From Actinomycetes bacterium (GTDB lineage Bacteria > Actinomycetota > Actinomycetes > S36-B12): a stretch of 64,000 bases of DNA. The DNA lies in assembly GCA_965227045.1 (NCBI GenBank), contig OZ245718.1, forward strand, positions 280,654-344,653, given 5' to 3'. Shown piece by piece: positions 40,900 through 50,715 of this stretch (the first letter of the stretch is position 1; each line of letters begins with the position of its first letter). The translations under genes were made by a program, and so were the position numbers. Below the pieces are notes generated by a model. That model was not told where the DNA came from. It ran no database searches and saw nothing but the letters and a program-made list of their open reading frames with translations.

Positions 40900-42612
40900 A
40901 TGTCGGCATCGATTCATGCGCGGGGCGTCAGCGCCGGCCACGGTGACCGCGAGCTGTTCTCCGGCCTCGACCTCGACGTAGCCCCCGGCGACGTCGTCGG
41001 ACTTGTCGGTCCGAACGGTGTTGGCAAGACCACGCTGCTGCGCATCCTCGCCGGAGTGCTGCCGCCCGAGTCCGGGTCGGTCAAGGTCGCCCCGTCGAGC
41101 GCCCGCATCGGCTACCTGACCCAGGAGCCTGAGCGCGTGCCCGGCGAGTCGGTGCGCGCGCATCTTTCCCGCCGCACGGGCGTTCAGCATGCCCAGGCGG
41201 AGTTCGAGCGGCTGTCGGCAGCGCTTGCCGACGGCAGCGACGAGTCGGCCGACGCCTACTCCGACGCGCTGGAGTCGTGGCTCGCGCTTGGGGCTGCCGA
41301 CTTTGACGAGCGTGTGGCCGTGGTGGTCGACGACATCGGGCTCGACGTGGACCTGGACGTGCCGATGACCGTCCTGTCCGGTGGCCAGGCCGCACGCGTG
41401 GGGCTGGCCGCCCTGCTGCTCTCGCGGTATGACGTCTACCTGCTCGACGAGCCGACCAACGACCTCGACACCGATGGTCTTGATCTCCTGGAGGAGTTCG
41501 TCGACAGCCGCGAGGCGCCGGTCGTCGTCGTGAGCCATGACCGCGAGTTCCTCGCCCGCACGGTGACCTCGATCGTGGAGATCGACCGCAGCCTGCAGCG
41601 GATCGTGACGTACGGCGGCGGATACGAGGCCTACCTCGACGAGCGCTCGGTCGCCCGGCGGAAGGCACGACAGGACTTCGAGCAGTACGCCGGACGCAAG
41701 GCCGAGCTCGAGCTGCGCGCCCGCACCCAGCGGGCCTGGATGGCCAAGGGCGTGCGGAATGCCCGGCGCAAGAAGCCCGACAACGACAAGATCGGGGCGG
41801 CATTTCGGGCCGACTCGTCGGAGAAGCAGGCTGCGAAGGCGCGTCAGAGCGAGCGCATGATCGAGCGGCTGGAGGTGATCGACGAGCCGCGCAAGGAATG
41901 GCGGCTGGAGTTCACGATCGCCGCCGCGCCGCGGTCCGGCGACGTCGTCACGGTCGCGCGAGCCGCGACGGTGAGCCGTGGGGACTTCGTCCTCGGACCG
42001 ATCGACCTCCAGCTCACGAGCCGGGACCGCGTGGCCGTCACGGGGGCCAATGGTTCGGGCAAGACCACGCTGCTCGCGCTGCTCCTTGGGCGACTCGCAC
42101 CGGACACCGGCTCGGTCAGCCTGGGGTCTGGAGTAGTCGTCGGCGAGGTGGACCAGGCACGTGCGCTGTTCGAGGGCGAGCAGACACTCGCCGACGCGTT
42201 CTCCCGCGAGGTGCCGGACTGGCCAACCGCCGACGTGCGGACCCTGCTCGCGAAGTTCGGACTCGGGGTTGACCAGGTCGGGCGATCGGCCGATTCGCTG
42301 TCGCCGGGCGAGCGCACCCGCGCGGCGCTGGCACTTCTCCAGGCGCGCGGCGTGAACCTGCTGGTCCTCGACGAGCCCACCAACCACCTCGACCTCGCCG
42401 CGATCGAGCAGCTCGAGGACGCGCTCGAGTCCTTCGACGGCACCGTTCTCCTCGTCACGCACGACCGCCGCATGCTCGACACCGTGCGGCTGACCCGTCG
42501 CTGGCATGTGGTTGATGGTCAGGTCGAGGAGATCCCCGCCTCCGACGCCGCGCCCGCGAGGTCTGCGGGGACAGCGTCGGACCTGGGACGAGACCGCGGC
42601 CAGAGCAGGTAG
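40900..42612 (+). CDS. ABC-F family ATP-binding protein
   Basis: Two ABC domains (GPNGVGKT, GANGSGKT) and no TM domain. Start is ATG 40900 or 40891. Confidence 0.85.
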   Translation: MSASIHARGVSAGHGDRELFSGLDLDVAPGDVVGLVGPNGVGKTTLLRILAGVLPPESGSVKVAPSSARIGYLTQEPERVPGESVRAHLSRRTGVQHAQAEFERLSAALADGSDESADAYSDALESWLALGAADFDERVAVVVDDIGLDVDLDVPMTVLSGGQAARVGLAALLLSRYDVYLLDEPTNDLDTDGLDLLEEFVDSREAPVVVVSHDREFLARTVTSIVEIDRSLQRIVTYGGGYEAYLDERSVARRKARQDFEQYAGRKAELELRARTQRAWMAKGVRNARRKKPDNDKIGAAFRADSSEKQAAKARQSERMIERLEVIDEPRKEWRLEFTIAAAPRSGDVVTVARAATVSRGDFVLGPIDLQLTSRDRVAVTGANGSGKTTLLALLLGRLAPDTGSVSLGSGVVVGEVDQARALFEGEQTLADAFSREVPDWPTADVRTLLAKFGLGVDQVGRSADSLSPGERTRAALALLQARGVNLLVLDEPTNHLDLAAIEQLEDALESFDGTVLLVTHDRRMLDTVRLTRRWHVVDGQVEEIPASDAAPARSAGTASDLGRDRGQSR

Positions 42613-43619
42613 CCGGCGGCGAGGGCTAGCAGAGCACCGATGACCGTGTCGAGCAGGCGCGCGCCCGCGTAGCCGACGATGTCCTCGTGCGGCAGGCCCG
42701 CGAAGACCGAGGCGGCGGCCGCGCCGAGGGCTGCCGACAGCGTCGACGACCGGACCGACGCGGCGAGCGAAGCTGCGAGGCAGAGCACGGCGATGGGTAG
42801 TGCGGCCGCGTCGGGAAGGTAGGGAGCGATGATCACGACTGCCATGACGCCGACGAACGTTCCCGTCACCCGGATGATCGCTGAGCGCACCGTCGAGCGT
42901 CCGTTCGGCTGCAGGATGACGAACACGGTGAGGAGCACCCAGAACGCGTCATGGTCGGCGACCGTCTGGAAGGCGAACATGGCGATGCCGAGGGCGATCG
43001 CGCGCCGGACCGCATCCTTGGCGGTGTGGTCGAAGGTGCGAACCGACGTCAGCATCGGAGCCACCAGCGACGGGCTGGTCGAACGTATAGCCGGTGCGGG
43101 CGCAGTGCCGAGGAGTTGCTCGACGCTCGCACGAGCGGTGACCAGTGCGAGCCCGACCGCGTAGCCGATGAGTCCGAGGATGCCGATCTGTCCCAGGTCG
43201 CGCCCGATGGCGTCGGCGGCGAGGACGCCGACGGATGTCACGAGGAAGTAGGCATACGAGGCCACCATGCCGATGAGCAGGCCGACCGGCTTTGCCGCCG
43301 TCATGACCGTGGTGACGAAGGCGACCAGTGCCATCGCGAGCGCTGACCACCACGGATCGCCGGTGGTCAGCGCTCCGACAGTGCTGAAGATGACGACGAT
43401 TCCCCCGACTGCCACCGCGACCGGAAGGGACGTGCTCAGTCGTCCCTTGCTTCCTGCCGCGAAGGTCAGTCCACAGACGATTGCCGCCTGGATGGCATCC
43501 TCGCGACGGCCGACCGCTTGGGCGACGAGATAGCCGGCGCCCATTCCGACCAGAACTGTCGCCATGACGCGCAGTTGCCATGCGCCCGCCGGTCGTCGTG
43601 TCGCGGGGGCGTTGCTCAC
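42519..43619 (-). CDS. FUSC / aromatic acid exporter family membrane protein
   Basis: 366 aa, multi-pass, GTG 43619. Its 3' end overlaps the ABC-F 3' end by 94 nt. Confidence 0.5.
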   Translation of the reverse strand: MSNAPATRRPAGAWQLRVMATVLVGMGAGYLVAQAVGRREDAIQAAIVCGLTFAAGSKGRLSTSLPVAVAVGGIVVIFSTVGALTTGDPWWSALAMALVAFVTTVMTAAKPVGLLIGMVASYAYFLVTSVGVLAADAIGRDLGQIGILGLIGYAVGLALVTARASVEQLLGTAPAPAIRSTSPSLVAPMLTSVRTFDHTAKDAVRRAIALGIAMFAFQTVADHDAFWVLLTVFVILQPNGRSTVRSAIIRVTGTFVGVMAVVIIAPYLPDAAALPIAVLCLAASLAASVRSSTLSAALGAAAASVFAGLPHEDIVGYAGARLLDTVIGALLALAAGYLLWPRSRPRSDAVPADLAGAASEAGISST

Positions 43620-43710
43620 CCGCCCACCGTAGCCACGGCTAGGGCTGCGTCTCCCCAGCCCGAGACCACGACTTTGCCGACGAGGGAGCGCATGACACGC
43701 TGGACCCACA

Positions 43711-45129
43711 ATGCGAGACGACATCGACGATTCCGACGCCTACGTGCCCCTGGGCGACGCGACTGGCGACTACGAGCGTGAGGAACGCCAGGCGCTCCGG
43801 CGCGTCCAGGGCCTGTCGACCGAGCTCGAGGACGTCACCGAGGTCGAGTACCGGCAGGTCCGCCTCGAGCGCGTCGTCCTCGCCGGCATCTGGACCGACG
43901 GCACGGCCCGCGACGCCGAGCGCAGCCTCGCCGAGCTCGCCCTGCTCGCCGAGACCGCGGGATCGGTGGTGCTCGAGGGGGTCATCCAGCGCCGCGACAC
44001 CCCCGACCCGGCCACGTACCTGGGCTCGGGAAAGGTCAAGGAGTTGCGCGAGATCGTCGTCGCGACCGGGGCCGACACCGTCATCTGCGACGGCGAGCTC
44101 ACTCCGGGCCAGCTGCGCCAGCTCGAGGAGATCGTCAAGGTCAAGGTCGTCGACCGGACCTGGCTGATTCTCGACATCTTCGCCCAGCACGCACGCAGCC
44201 GCGAGGGCCAGGCTCAGGTCTCGCTCGCGCAGATGCAGTACCTGCTCCCGCGCCTGCGCGGCTGGGGCGAGTCGCTCTCGCGCCAGGCCGGCGGTCGTGC
44301 CGGCGGCGCGTCCGGCGGAGTGGGCACGCGTGGTCCCGGCGAGACGAAGATCGAGACGGACCGTCGGCGTATCCGCTCACAGATGTCCAAGCTGCGTCGC
44401 CAGCTCAAGGACATGGAGAAGTCGCGCACGACCCAGCGCGCCGCGCGCCATCGGGCTGGCGTTCCGGCCGTGGCCATCGCCGGCTACACGAACGCGGGCA
44501 AGTCGAGCGTGCTGAACCGCATGACCGGCGCCGGCGTTCTCGTCGAGAACGCGCTGTTCGCCACCCTCGACCCCACCGTGCGCAAGACCAAGACACCGAG
44601 CGGACGCGACTACACGGTTGCCGACACCGTTGGCTTCGTCCGCCACCTGCCGCACCAGCTGGTCGAGGCCTTCCGCTCGACCCTCGACGAGGTGCGCGAC
44701 GCCGACCTGATCCTGCACGTGGTCGACGGCTCCGACGACGCGCCCGACGAGCAGATCGCGGCCGTGCGCGAGGTGCTCAACGACATCGACGCGGGCCACG
44801 TGCCCGAGCTGATCGTCATCAACAAGGCAGATATCGCCGATCCGGAGACGGTCGCGAACCTGCTGCGTCGCTACCCGCACTCGGTCGTCGTGTCCGCGAT
44901 GACTGGCCTCGGCTTCGACGAGCTGCTCGACACCATCGAGCGCGAACTGCCATCGCTCCTGCAGGACGTCGACATCGTCGTGCCGTACAGCCGAGGTGAC
45001 CTCGTCTCCCGTGCGCATCGTCAAGGCGAGGTGCTCAAGACCGAGCACGACGAGGCGGGAACCCACCTGCAGGCGCGCGTGCCCGAGTCGCTGGCCAACG
45101 AGCTGCGTCTGGCGGCCAGTGGCGCGTGA
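43711..45129 (+). CDS. hflX: GTPase HflX
   Basis: GYTNAGKSS G1 motif and the HflX N-terminal domain. Confidence 0.92.
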   Translation: MRDDIDDSDAYVPLGDATGDYEREERQALRRVQGLSTELEDVTEVEYRQVRLERVVLAGIWTDGTARDAERSLAELALLAETAGSVVLEGVIQRRDTPDPATYLGSGKVKELREIVVATGADTVICDGELTPGQLRQLEEIVKVKVVDRTWLILDIFAQHARSREGQAQVSLAQMQYLLPRLRGWGESLSRQAGGRAGGASGGVGTRGPGETKIETDRRRIRSQMSKLRRQLKDMEKSRTTQRAARHRAGVPAVAIAGYTNAGKSSVLNRMTGAGVLVENALFATLDPTVRKTKTPSGRDYTVADTVGFVRHLPHQLVEAFRSTLDEVRDADLILHVVDGSDDAPDEQIAAVREVLNDIDAGHVPELIVINKADIADPETVANLLRRYPHSVVVSAMTGLGFDELLDTIERELPSLLQDVDIVVPYSRGDLVSRAHRQGEVLKTEHDEAGTHLQARVPESLANELRLAASGA

Positions 45130-47095
45130 CGAGAAGGCGCTGAAGGCGGCTCTCGCGGCAGTCGTCACCACCCTCGGCGGGGACGAGCGCGACGGGCAGT
45201 TGCGCATGGCCGAGGCCGTCGCCGCGGCGCTCGACGGCTCCGGTCACGCCGTGGTCCAGGCCGGCACTGGCACCGGCAAGTCCGTCGGCTACCTCGTGCC
45301 CGCCGCCCTGCACGCCACCGCGCCGGAAGGCGGGGCGGTGATCGTGGCGACCGCGACCATCGCGTTGCAGAAGCAGCTCGTCGACCGCGACCTGCCGCGC
45401 GTTGCCGAGGCCCTTGCGCCGATCATCGGCCGACCGCTGAAGTTCGCGGTCCTCAAGGGCCGCAACAACTACGTGTGCCTGCAGAAGCTGCACGGCGCTC
45501 CGACCGAGGACGACTCCGAGGCCCTGTTCGAGACTCCCAAGAGCTCGCTCGCCGCGCAGGCCGTGGCCGTGCGCGAGTGGGCGGAGTCGACGAGCACCGG
45601 CGATCGCGACGAATACACCGACGACATCGACCCCCGTGTGTGGCGCGGGTTCTCCGTGGGCCGCCGCGAGTGCATGGGCGAGTCCCGCTGCCCGTTCGGC
45701 GAGGAGTGCTTCACGGTGCTGCGCCGGACGATCGCGCAGGAGGCCGACATCGTCGTGACCAACCACGCGATGCTCGCCATCGATGCGCTCGAGGGCATCC
45801 CGGTGCTGCCCGAGCACGACGGCGTGATCATCGACGAGGGCCATGAACTGGTCGACCGCGCCACCGCCGCCGTGACCGGCGAGCTGTCCGTCGCCATGGT
45901 CGAGCGGGCAATGGGCCGCTCGCGCAAGCTGCTCAGTCCGGAGACGGCCGAGCGCCTCGCGGTCGCTGCCGAGGACTTCGACGACTCCCTGCGCCTGGCC
46001 GCAGGAGCGCTGAGCGGGCCGACCCGCCAGCTCGAACTCAGCACCGACCTCAACCTCGCCGTCACCGTGATCCGCGATACCTGCCAGAAGGCGATGGCCG
46101 AGGTCAACGCGGACAAGGACTCCAAGGACCCGGATGCGCTCGCCGCCAGGCAGCAGGCGCGCGGTGCGCTCGAGGAGGTCTACGACGTCGCCAGCACGCT
46201 CCTGCTCACCGGCGAGCACGACGTCGTGTGGCTCGACCCGGGGGAGAACCGTCCGCCCGTCCTCAAGGTCGCTCCGCTGTCGGTGTCCGGGCTGCTGCGC
46301 AGCGCGCTGTTCGACAAGACGCCGGTCGCGATCACCAGCGCCACGCTGACCGTCGGCGGGGGATTCGACTCGCTGCTCAGGTCGCTCGGGCTCGACGACG
46401 GCAAGACCACCACGATCGACGTGGGCTCCCCGTTCGATCACGCGAAGCAGGGCATCCTCTACGTCGCTAAGGACGTGCCCGCTCCCGGCCGCGACGGCGT
46501 GGCGATGGAGGCCCTCGATGAGCTAGCCGACCTCATCACCGCAGCGGGCGGTCGCACCCTTGCGCTGTTCAGCAGTTGGCGCGGTGTCGAGCGTGCCGCG
46601 GAGTACCTGCGGGTGCGGTTCAGCAAGCGACCCGACCTGCCGATCCTCGTGCAGCGCCGCGGAGATGCGGTGGGCTCCCTTGTCGAGCGGTTCGCCGCCG
46701 ATCCGGCGAGCACCCTGCTCGGCACGGTGACGCTGTGGCAGGGAGTCGACGTGCCGGGGGAGTCGTGCATCCTCGTGGTCATTGACCGCATCCCGTTCCC
46801 GCGCCCGGACGACCCGCTGCTGGCCGCACGCCAGAAGGCGGTCGACGATGCGGGCGGCTCGGGGTTCAGGTCGGTGTCTGTTCCACGGGCTGGGCTGCTG
46901 CTTGCCCAGGGCGCCGGCCGGCTCATCCGCGGCACCGAGGACCGCGGCGTGGTCGCCGTGCTGGACTCCCGGCTCGCCACCTCGGGCTACTCCCGTGCTC
47001 TTCGGGACAGCCTGCCGCCCTTTTGGTACACGACCGACCGACCAGTGGTTATGGGTGCTCTTGAGCGGCTGAACGCGGAGATCTTGGCTCGCTGA
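45119..47095 (+). CDS. ATP-dependent DNA helicase, DinG/XPD-like with Fe-S cluster
   Basis: AGTGTGKS Walker A, DEGH box, and four Cys (CLQK...CMGESRCPFGEEC). Confidence 0.8.
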   Translation: MARDEKALKAALAAVVTTLGGDERDGQLRMAEAVAAALDGSGHAVVQAGTGTGKSVGYLVPAALHATAPEGGAVIVATATIALQKQLVDRDLPRVAEALAPIIGRPLKFAVLKGRNNYVCLQKLHGAPTEDDSEALFETPKSSLAAQAVAVREWAESTSTGDRDEYTDDIDPRVWRGFSVGRRECMGESRCPFGEECFTVLRRTIAQEADIVVTNHAMLAIDALEGIPVLPEHDGVIIDEGHELVDRATAAVTGELSVAMVERAMGRSRKLLSPETAERLAVAAEDFDDSLRLAAGALSGPTRQLELSTDLNLAVTVIRDTCQKAMAEVNADKDSKDPDALAARQQARGALEEVYDVASTLLLTGEHDVVWLDPGENRPPVLKVAPLSVSGLLRSALFDKTPVAITSATLTVGGGFDSLLRSLGLDDGKTTTIDVGSPFDHAKQGILYVAKDVPAPGRDGVAMEALDELADLITAAGGRTLALFSSWRGVERAAEYLRVRFSKRPDLPILVQRRGDAVGSLVERFAADPASTLLGTVTLWQGVDVPGESCILVVIDRIPFPRPDDPLLAARQKAVDDAGGSGFRSVSVPRAGLLLAQGAGRLIRGTEDRGVVAVLDSRLATSGYSRALRDSLPPFWYTTDRPVVMGALERLNAEILAR

Positions 47096-47126
47096 CCAAT
47101 ACACACGGCAGGTGTATCGTCTGTGT

Positions 47127-47339
47127 ATGTCCAGGACGAACATTGGTATCGACGACGAACTGATCGCGGCCTGCATGAGCCGCTACGACCTGCCGACCAA
47201 GAAGAGCGCCGTCGAGTTCGCGCTGCGCAGACTGCTCGCCTCGCGACCGTCGAGGGCGGACTGGGACGCGATGTGCGGCGTCGGATGGGACGGCGACCTG
47301 GACGCGATGCGCTCGGGCGAACGAACGTTCGACCTGTGA
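47127..47339 (+). CDS. vapB: type II antitoxin VapB
   Basis: MSRTNIGIDDELI N-terminus. GTGA overlap with vapC. Confidence 0.8.
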   Translation: MSRTNIGIDDELIAACMSRYDLPTKKSAVEFALRRLLASRPSRADWDAMCGVGWDGDLDAMRSGERTFDL

Positions 47340-47737
47340 GCGGCGTTCTCGTCGATTCGTCCGTCTGGGTGGAGTTCTTCCGAGGGGACGCGGGTCTTCG
47401 AGATCAGCTCCAGGAGTTGGCCGAAGGTCCAGGGATCCTCACGTGCGAACCCGTGATGATGGAGATCTTGTGCGGCGTTCGCGGTCCCGCCATCCACGAT
47501 GTCGAAGCATTCCTTGACGGCTTCACGTCGATCTCACTTCGGCCCGACCTTGACTTCCGTCAGGCCTCTGGTGTGCGAAGGCGACTACGAGACCGCGGAC
47601 TGACGATTCGATCGGGGATGGACGCGCTGATCGCCACGATCGCAATCAACCACGACGCGACACTGCTGCATCGCGACGCCGACTTCGAGCGCATCGCCGA
47701 GGTGACGACGCTTCGGCAGGAGCGCTGGGTCGCCTAG
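47336..47737 (+). CDS. vapC: type II toxin VapC (PIN domain ribonuclease)
   Basis: VLVDSSVWVEFF, EPVMMEIL and DALIATIA acidic PIN motifs. Confidence 0.85.
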   Translation: MSGVLVDSSVWVEFFRGDAGLRDQLQELAEGPGILTCEPVMMEILCGVRGPAIHDVEAFLDGFTSISLRPDLDFRQASGVRRRLRDRGLTIRSGMDALIATIAINHDATLLHRDADFERIAEVTTLRQERWVA

Positions 47738-47958
47738 GCGCTGACGCAGGTCTGCGAGCGGACCGGCGCAACGCGCACCGATGCGCGATCGAGCCGAGCG
47801 GCCAGGCGTGCGAGCACAGTCGCGCTCGCGTTGCGGGTCCGGGCAAAGCGGACGACCGGCTCGATCTGGGGTGCGTTGGGCAGAGCGCTGCGCGCATTGA
47901 CGAGCAGGGCGTCCATGTCGATCAGGTGCGGGATGTGGTCATACATGGCTTTCTCCAA
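47734..47958 (-). CDS. small hypothetical protein
   Basis: 74-aa ORF. G/C in third position for 62 of 74 codons by hand count. Overlaps the lacI-family stop and abuts the vapC stop. Confidence 0.35.
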   Translation of the reverse strand: MEKAMYDHIPHLIDMDALLVNARSALPNAPQIEPVVRFARTRNASATVLARLAARLDRASVRVAPVRSQTCVSA

Positions 47959-49027
47959 TTCTGGCGGTGCTGTCTCGGACTATGAGTTCGGTGTCGAGCA
48001 GGACGGATCCGTCGGTGAGGACCGGAGGCGTCATGGACGAGGGGAGGTCGATGCCCAGTCGCTGCATGAGCAGCAACGCGGCGGACTGTCCCTTGGCAAC
48101 CTGCGGCTGCCGCACGGTGGTGAGCGGGGGAATCGAGGTCTGTGCAGCGGTGCTGTCGTCGAAGCCGATGACCGACACGTCCTCGGGGACGCGCAGCCCG
48201 CGCTCGCGCAGGCCGTCGATCACCCCGAGTGCGATGAGGTCGGTCAGGCATACGTAGGCGGTGGGTGTGAATCCGCCGTCGAGGACCTGGCCAACGGCCT
48301 CGCGGCCATGCTCGCGGCGGTTCCACGGCACGTTCACGAGCACGGAGTTCTGGACGATCGACTCGCCGAGGCCCTCGCGCCAGCCGGCGAGCCGCTCGCC
48401 TGCGACATGGTGCGCGGGCGGGGAGTTGATCTCGACGATGCCGATGGGCGCGTCGATCGCGCCGGTGACCATGGCGACCTGGGTGTGCCCGAGATCGCGC
48501 AGGTACTTCGCCGCGGCTCGCGCGCCGCCGCGGTCGTCCACGAGCACGGACGCAATGCCGGGTTCGGGCGCCTGGTCGGCGAACACGAGCGGCAGGTTGC
48601 GCCGACGCGCGGCCGCCAGGCCGGGGGAGTGCTTGTCGACGCTGTAGACGATCAGCCCGTCGATCATGGCCGTGGCGACCGCGCCGGCATCGACCAGTTC
48701 ATCGCGCGGGCTCGACAGGACCGACAGCGCGAGGCCGGCCTGCTCGACGACGCTGGCCACTCCTGACAGGAAGCGGCCGGCGAACTCGTCGGTGAAGGCG
48801 TAGGTCAGGCGGTCGGTGAACAGCACGCCGATCGTGTCGGTGCGCCCCAGGGACTGGGCGCGGGCCACCGGGTCGGGCCCGCAATAGCCCAGGTCGGCCG
48901 CAGTCGCCAGGATCCGGTCCCGCAGTTCGGCGGAGAGCTGGTCGGGACGCGAGTACGCGTTCGACACCGTCATGCGGCTGACGCCTACTGCCTCGGCGAT
49001 GGTCGCCAGGGTGACTTTCGTGGCCAT
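47939..49027 (-). CDS. LacI family transcriptional regulator
   Basis: VTLATIAEAVGVSRMTVSNAY HTH motif and a periplasmic-binding-like core. Confidence 0.9.
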   Translation of the reverse strand: MATKVTLATIAEAVGVSRMTVSNAYSRPDQLSAELRDRILATAADLGYCGPDPVARAQSLGRTDTIGVLFTDRLTYAFTDEFAGRFLSGVASVVEQAGLALSVLSSPRDELVDAGAVATAMIDGLIVYSVDKHSPGLAAARRRNLPLVFADQAPEPGIASVLVDDRGGARAAAKYLRDLGHTQVAMVTGAIDAPIGIVEINSPPAHHVAGERLAGWREGLGESIVQNSVLVNVPWNRREHGREAVGQVLDGGFTPTAYVCLTDLIALGVIDGLRERGLRVPEDVSVIGFDDSTAAQTSIPPLTTVRQPQVAKGQSAALLLMQRLGIDLPSSMTPPVLTDGSVLLDTELIVRDSTARIGESHV

Positions 49028-49100
49028 CTGTTCCTCCTCGCTATACCGGTACAGTATCGCATCGATCTGTACCGGTCAAGTAGCAGGAGGACGGAACTTT

Positions 49101-49832
49101 CTAGAGGCGGCGGAGGACGGTGACGACCTTGCCCATCACAGTGGCGTGGTCGCCCAGGATTGGCGTGTAGGCCGGGTTGTGCGGCATCAGCCACACGTGG
49201 CCGTCGCTGCGCTTGAAGGTCTTGACCGTGGCCTCGTCATCGAGCAGGGCCGCCACGATGTCGCCGTTGTCTGCGCTGTTCTGCTGGCGCACGACCACCC
49301 AGTCGCCGTCGCAGATCGCCGCGTCGATCATCGAGTCGCCGACGACGCGCAGCATGAACAGCTCGCCCTCGCCCACCAGCTCGCGCGGCAGCGGGAACAC
49401 CGCCTCGACCTCCTGCTCGGCGAGGATCGGGCCGCCGGCGGCGATCCGGCCCAGGACCGGGATGTAGGCGGGAACCGGCTGGTTGGACTGCTCCGGGTCG
49501 TCGATCATCGGCACCACACGCAGGCGGGCGGCACCCTCGAGCGGGGAGTCGGGGCGCGCCGCGGTGGGCATGTCGGCGGGATCGGCGACGACGAGGGCGC
49601 GCGGGCGGTTCGGATCGCGGCGCAGCCAGCCCAGGCGCTCGAGGGTCGTGAGCTGGTGGGCGACGCTGCTGGGGGAGGTCAGGCCCACGCCCTCGCCGAT
49701 CTCGCGGACGCTCGGCGGGTAGCCGCGCTGCTCGACGGTGTCGCGGATGACGGCCAGGACCGCACGCTGGCGAGGGGTCAGGCCGGTCTCGTCGGGCGGT
49801 CCGTCGGGCAGTTCGGTGACTCGTGCGACCAC
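49101..49832 (-). CDS. lexA: LexA repressor
   Basis: Winged HTH and S24 peptidase motifs (GDSMIDA, catalytic Lys region). GTG 49832. Confidence 0.93.
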   Translation of the reverse strand: MVARVTELPDGPPDETGLTPRQRAVLAVIRDTVEQRGYPPSVREIGEGVGLTSPSSVAHQLTTLERLGWLRRDPNRPRALVVADPADMPTAARPDSPLEGAARLRVVPMIDDPEQSNQPVPAYIPVLGRIAAGGPILAEQEVEAVFPLPRELVGEGELFMLRVVGDSMIDAAICDGDWVVVRQQNSADNGDIVAALLDDEATVKTFKRSDGHVWLMPHNPAYTPILGDHATVMGKVVTVLRRL

Positions 49833-49951
49833 GGGTTCGTCCCCTCATCCGGGAGGTCCAGCACACCGGTCTGACGGGCGCTCGCCCGTCGGTGTGTCAG
49901 ACCTCGTCGTCAATCTTCGTGTCGCAAAGGTAGCCAGACACGGACGGAATT

Positions 49952-49967
49952 TCAAACATATGTTCGA
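49952..49967. promoter_or_regulatory. LexA SOS box a
   Basis: TCAAACATATGTTCGA (1 mismatch to TCGAAC-N4-GTTCGA). Confidence 0.75.
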
Positions 49968-50004
49968 ACAGGTGCTGGACGTGTCGCTCGCAAAGTGCTA
50001 CAAA

Positions 50005-50020
50005 TCGTACATGCGTTCGA
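50005..50020. promoter_or_regulatory. LexA SOS box b
   Basis: TCGTACATGCGTTCGA (1 mismatch). Confidence 0.75.
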
Positions 50021-50036
50021 TCGAACACCCGTTCGA
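50021..50036. promoter_or_regulatory. LexA SOS box c
   Basis: TCGAACACCCGTTCGA, a perfect box that directly abuts box b. Confidence 0.85.
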
Positions 50037-50070
50037 GCGGCTCATCTCGTCCTCGCAGAAAGGCACGATC

Positions 50071-50469
50071 ATGGCTCTCGCGGCTCCCTTCCCCGCCGCC
50101 CGCCCGGCTCTTCGCCAGGTCCGGCAGCAGCCCGCAGCCCGTCGCACGTCCGCCCCGACCGATCGGGCCTCGCTGCGCCTGACCCGCCGCGGACGCATCG
50201 TCCTCATGTTCGCCAGCTCGATGTTCCTGCTGCTGGCCGTCATCGCGTCCGGGCGGTTCTCCGCCGACGCGGGCACCTCGCTTGTCGACCAGGGCCGGGC
50301 CACCGGCGTTGTCGTCGTGCAGCCGGGGGAGAGCCTGTGGCAGATCGCCAGCGAGATCGCCCCGGGCGTCGATCCGCGCGAGACCGTGTCTGCGATTCGC
50401 AGCCTCAATGGGCTCGGTGACACCACTGTCGTGGCAGGCCAGTCGATCGTCGTGCCGGTCTCCCGCTAG
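50071..50469 (+). CDS. LysM domain membrane protein
   Basis: TM helix followed by VVVQPGESLWQIAS...LNGLGDTTVVAGQSIVVP (LysM). Divergent from lexA, as in other actinobacteria. Confidence 0.8.
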   Translation: MALAAPFPAARPALRQVRQQPAARRTSAPTDRASLRLTRRGRIVLMFASSMFLLLAVIASGRFSADAGTSLVDQGRATGVVVVQPGESLWQIASEIAPGVDPRETVSAIRSLNGLGDTTVVAGQSIVVPVSR

Positions 50470-50567
50470 CTCGTTTCCTCACGGACTCGCCTCCCCGAGC
50501 CGTGGATTAGCCGCGACACGCGGGGTTTCACCCTTGCGGAATGTCAGAGCGCAGGAGTACGTTGCTA

Positions 50568-50583
50568 CCCCTAGATGTAGTAG
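50568..50583. promoter_or_regulatory. candidate NrdR box 1
   Basis: The reverse complement CTACTACATCTAGGGG fits the core CwAtATaTwG of the NrdR box consensus. Confidence 0.45.
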
Positions 50584-50599
50584 TCACATGCTTGTTATT

Positions 50600-50615
50600 C
50601 ATCCACAGGTTGTGT
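50600..50615. promoter_or_regulatory. candidate NrdR box 2
   Basis: CATCCACAGGTTGTGT. Its centre is 32 bp from box 1, the canonical tandem spacing. Confidence 0.4.
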
Positions 50616-50715
50616 CCCTGCCTCTACAGGTCGTCCACAGGTCATCCCCAGCTGGATCCACAGCAGGGACGAAGTGGCGATACAGATGTGACGAGAGTGA
50701 CGGGAGGTTCCACTG

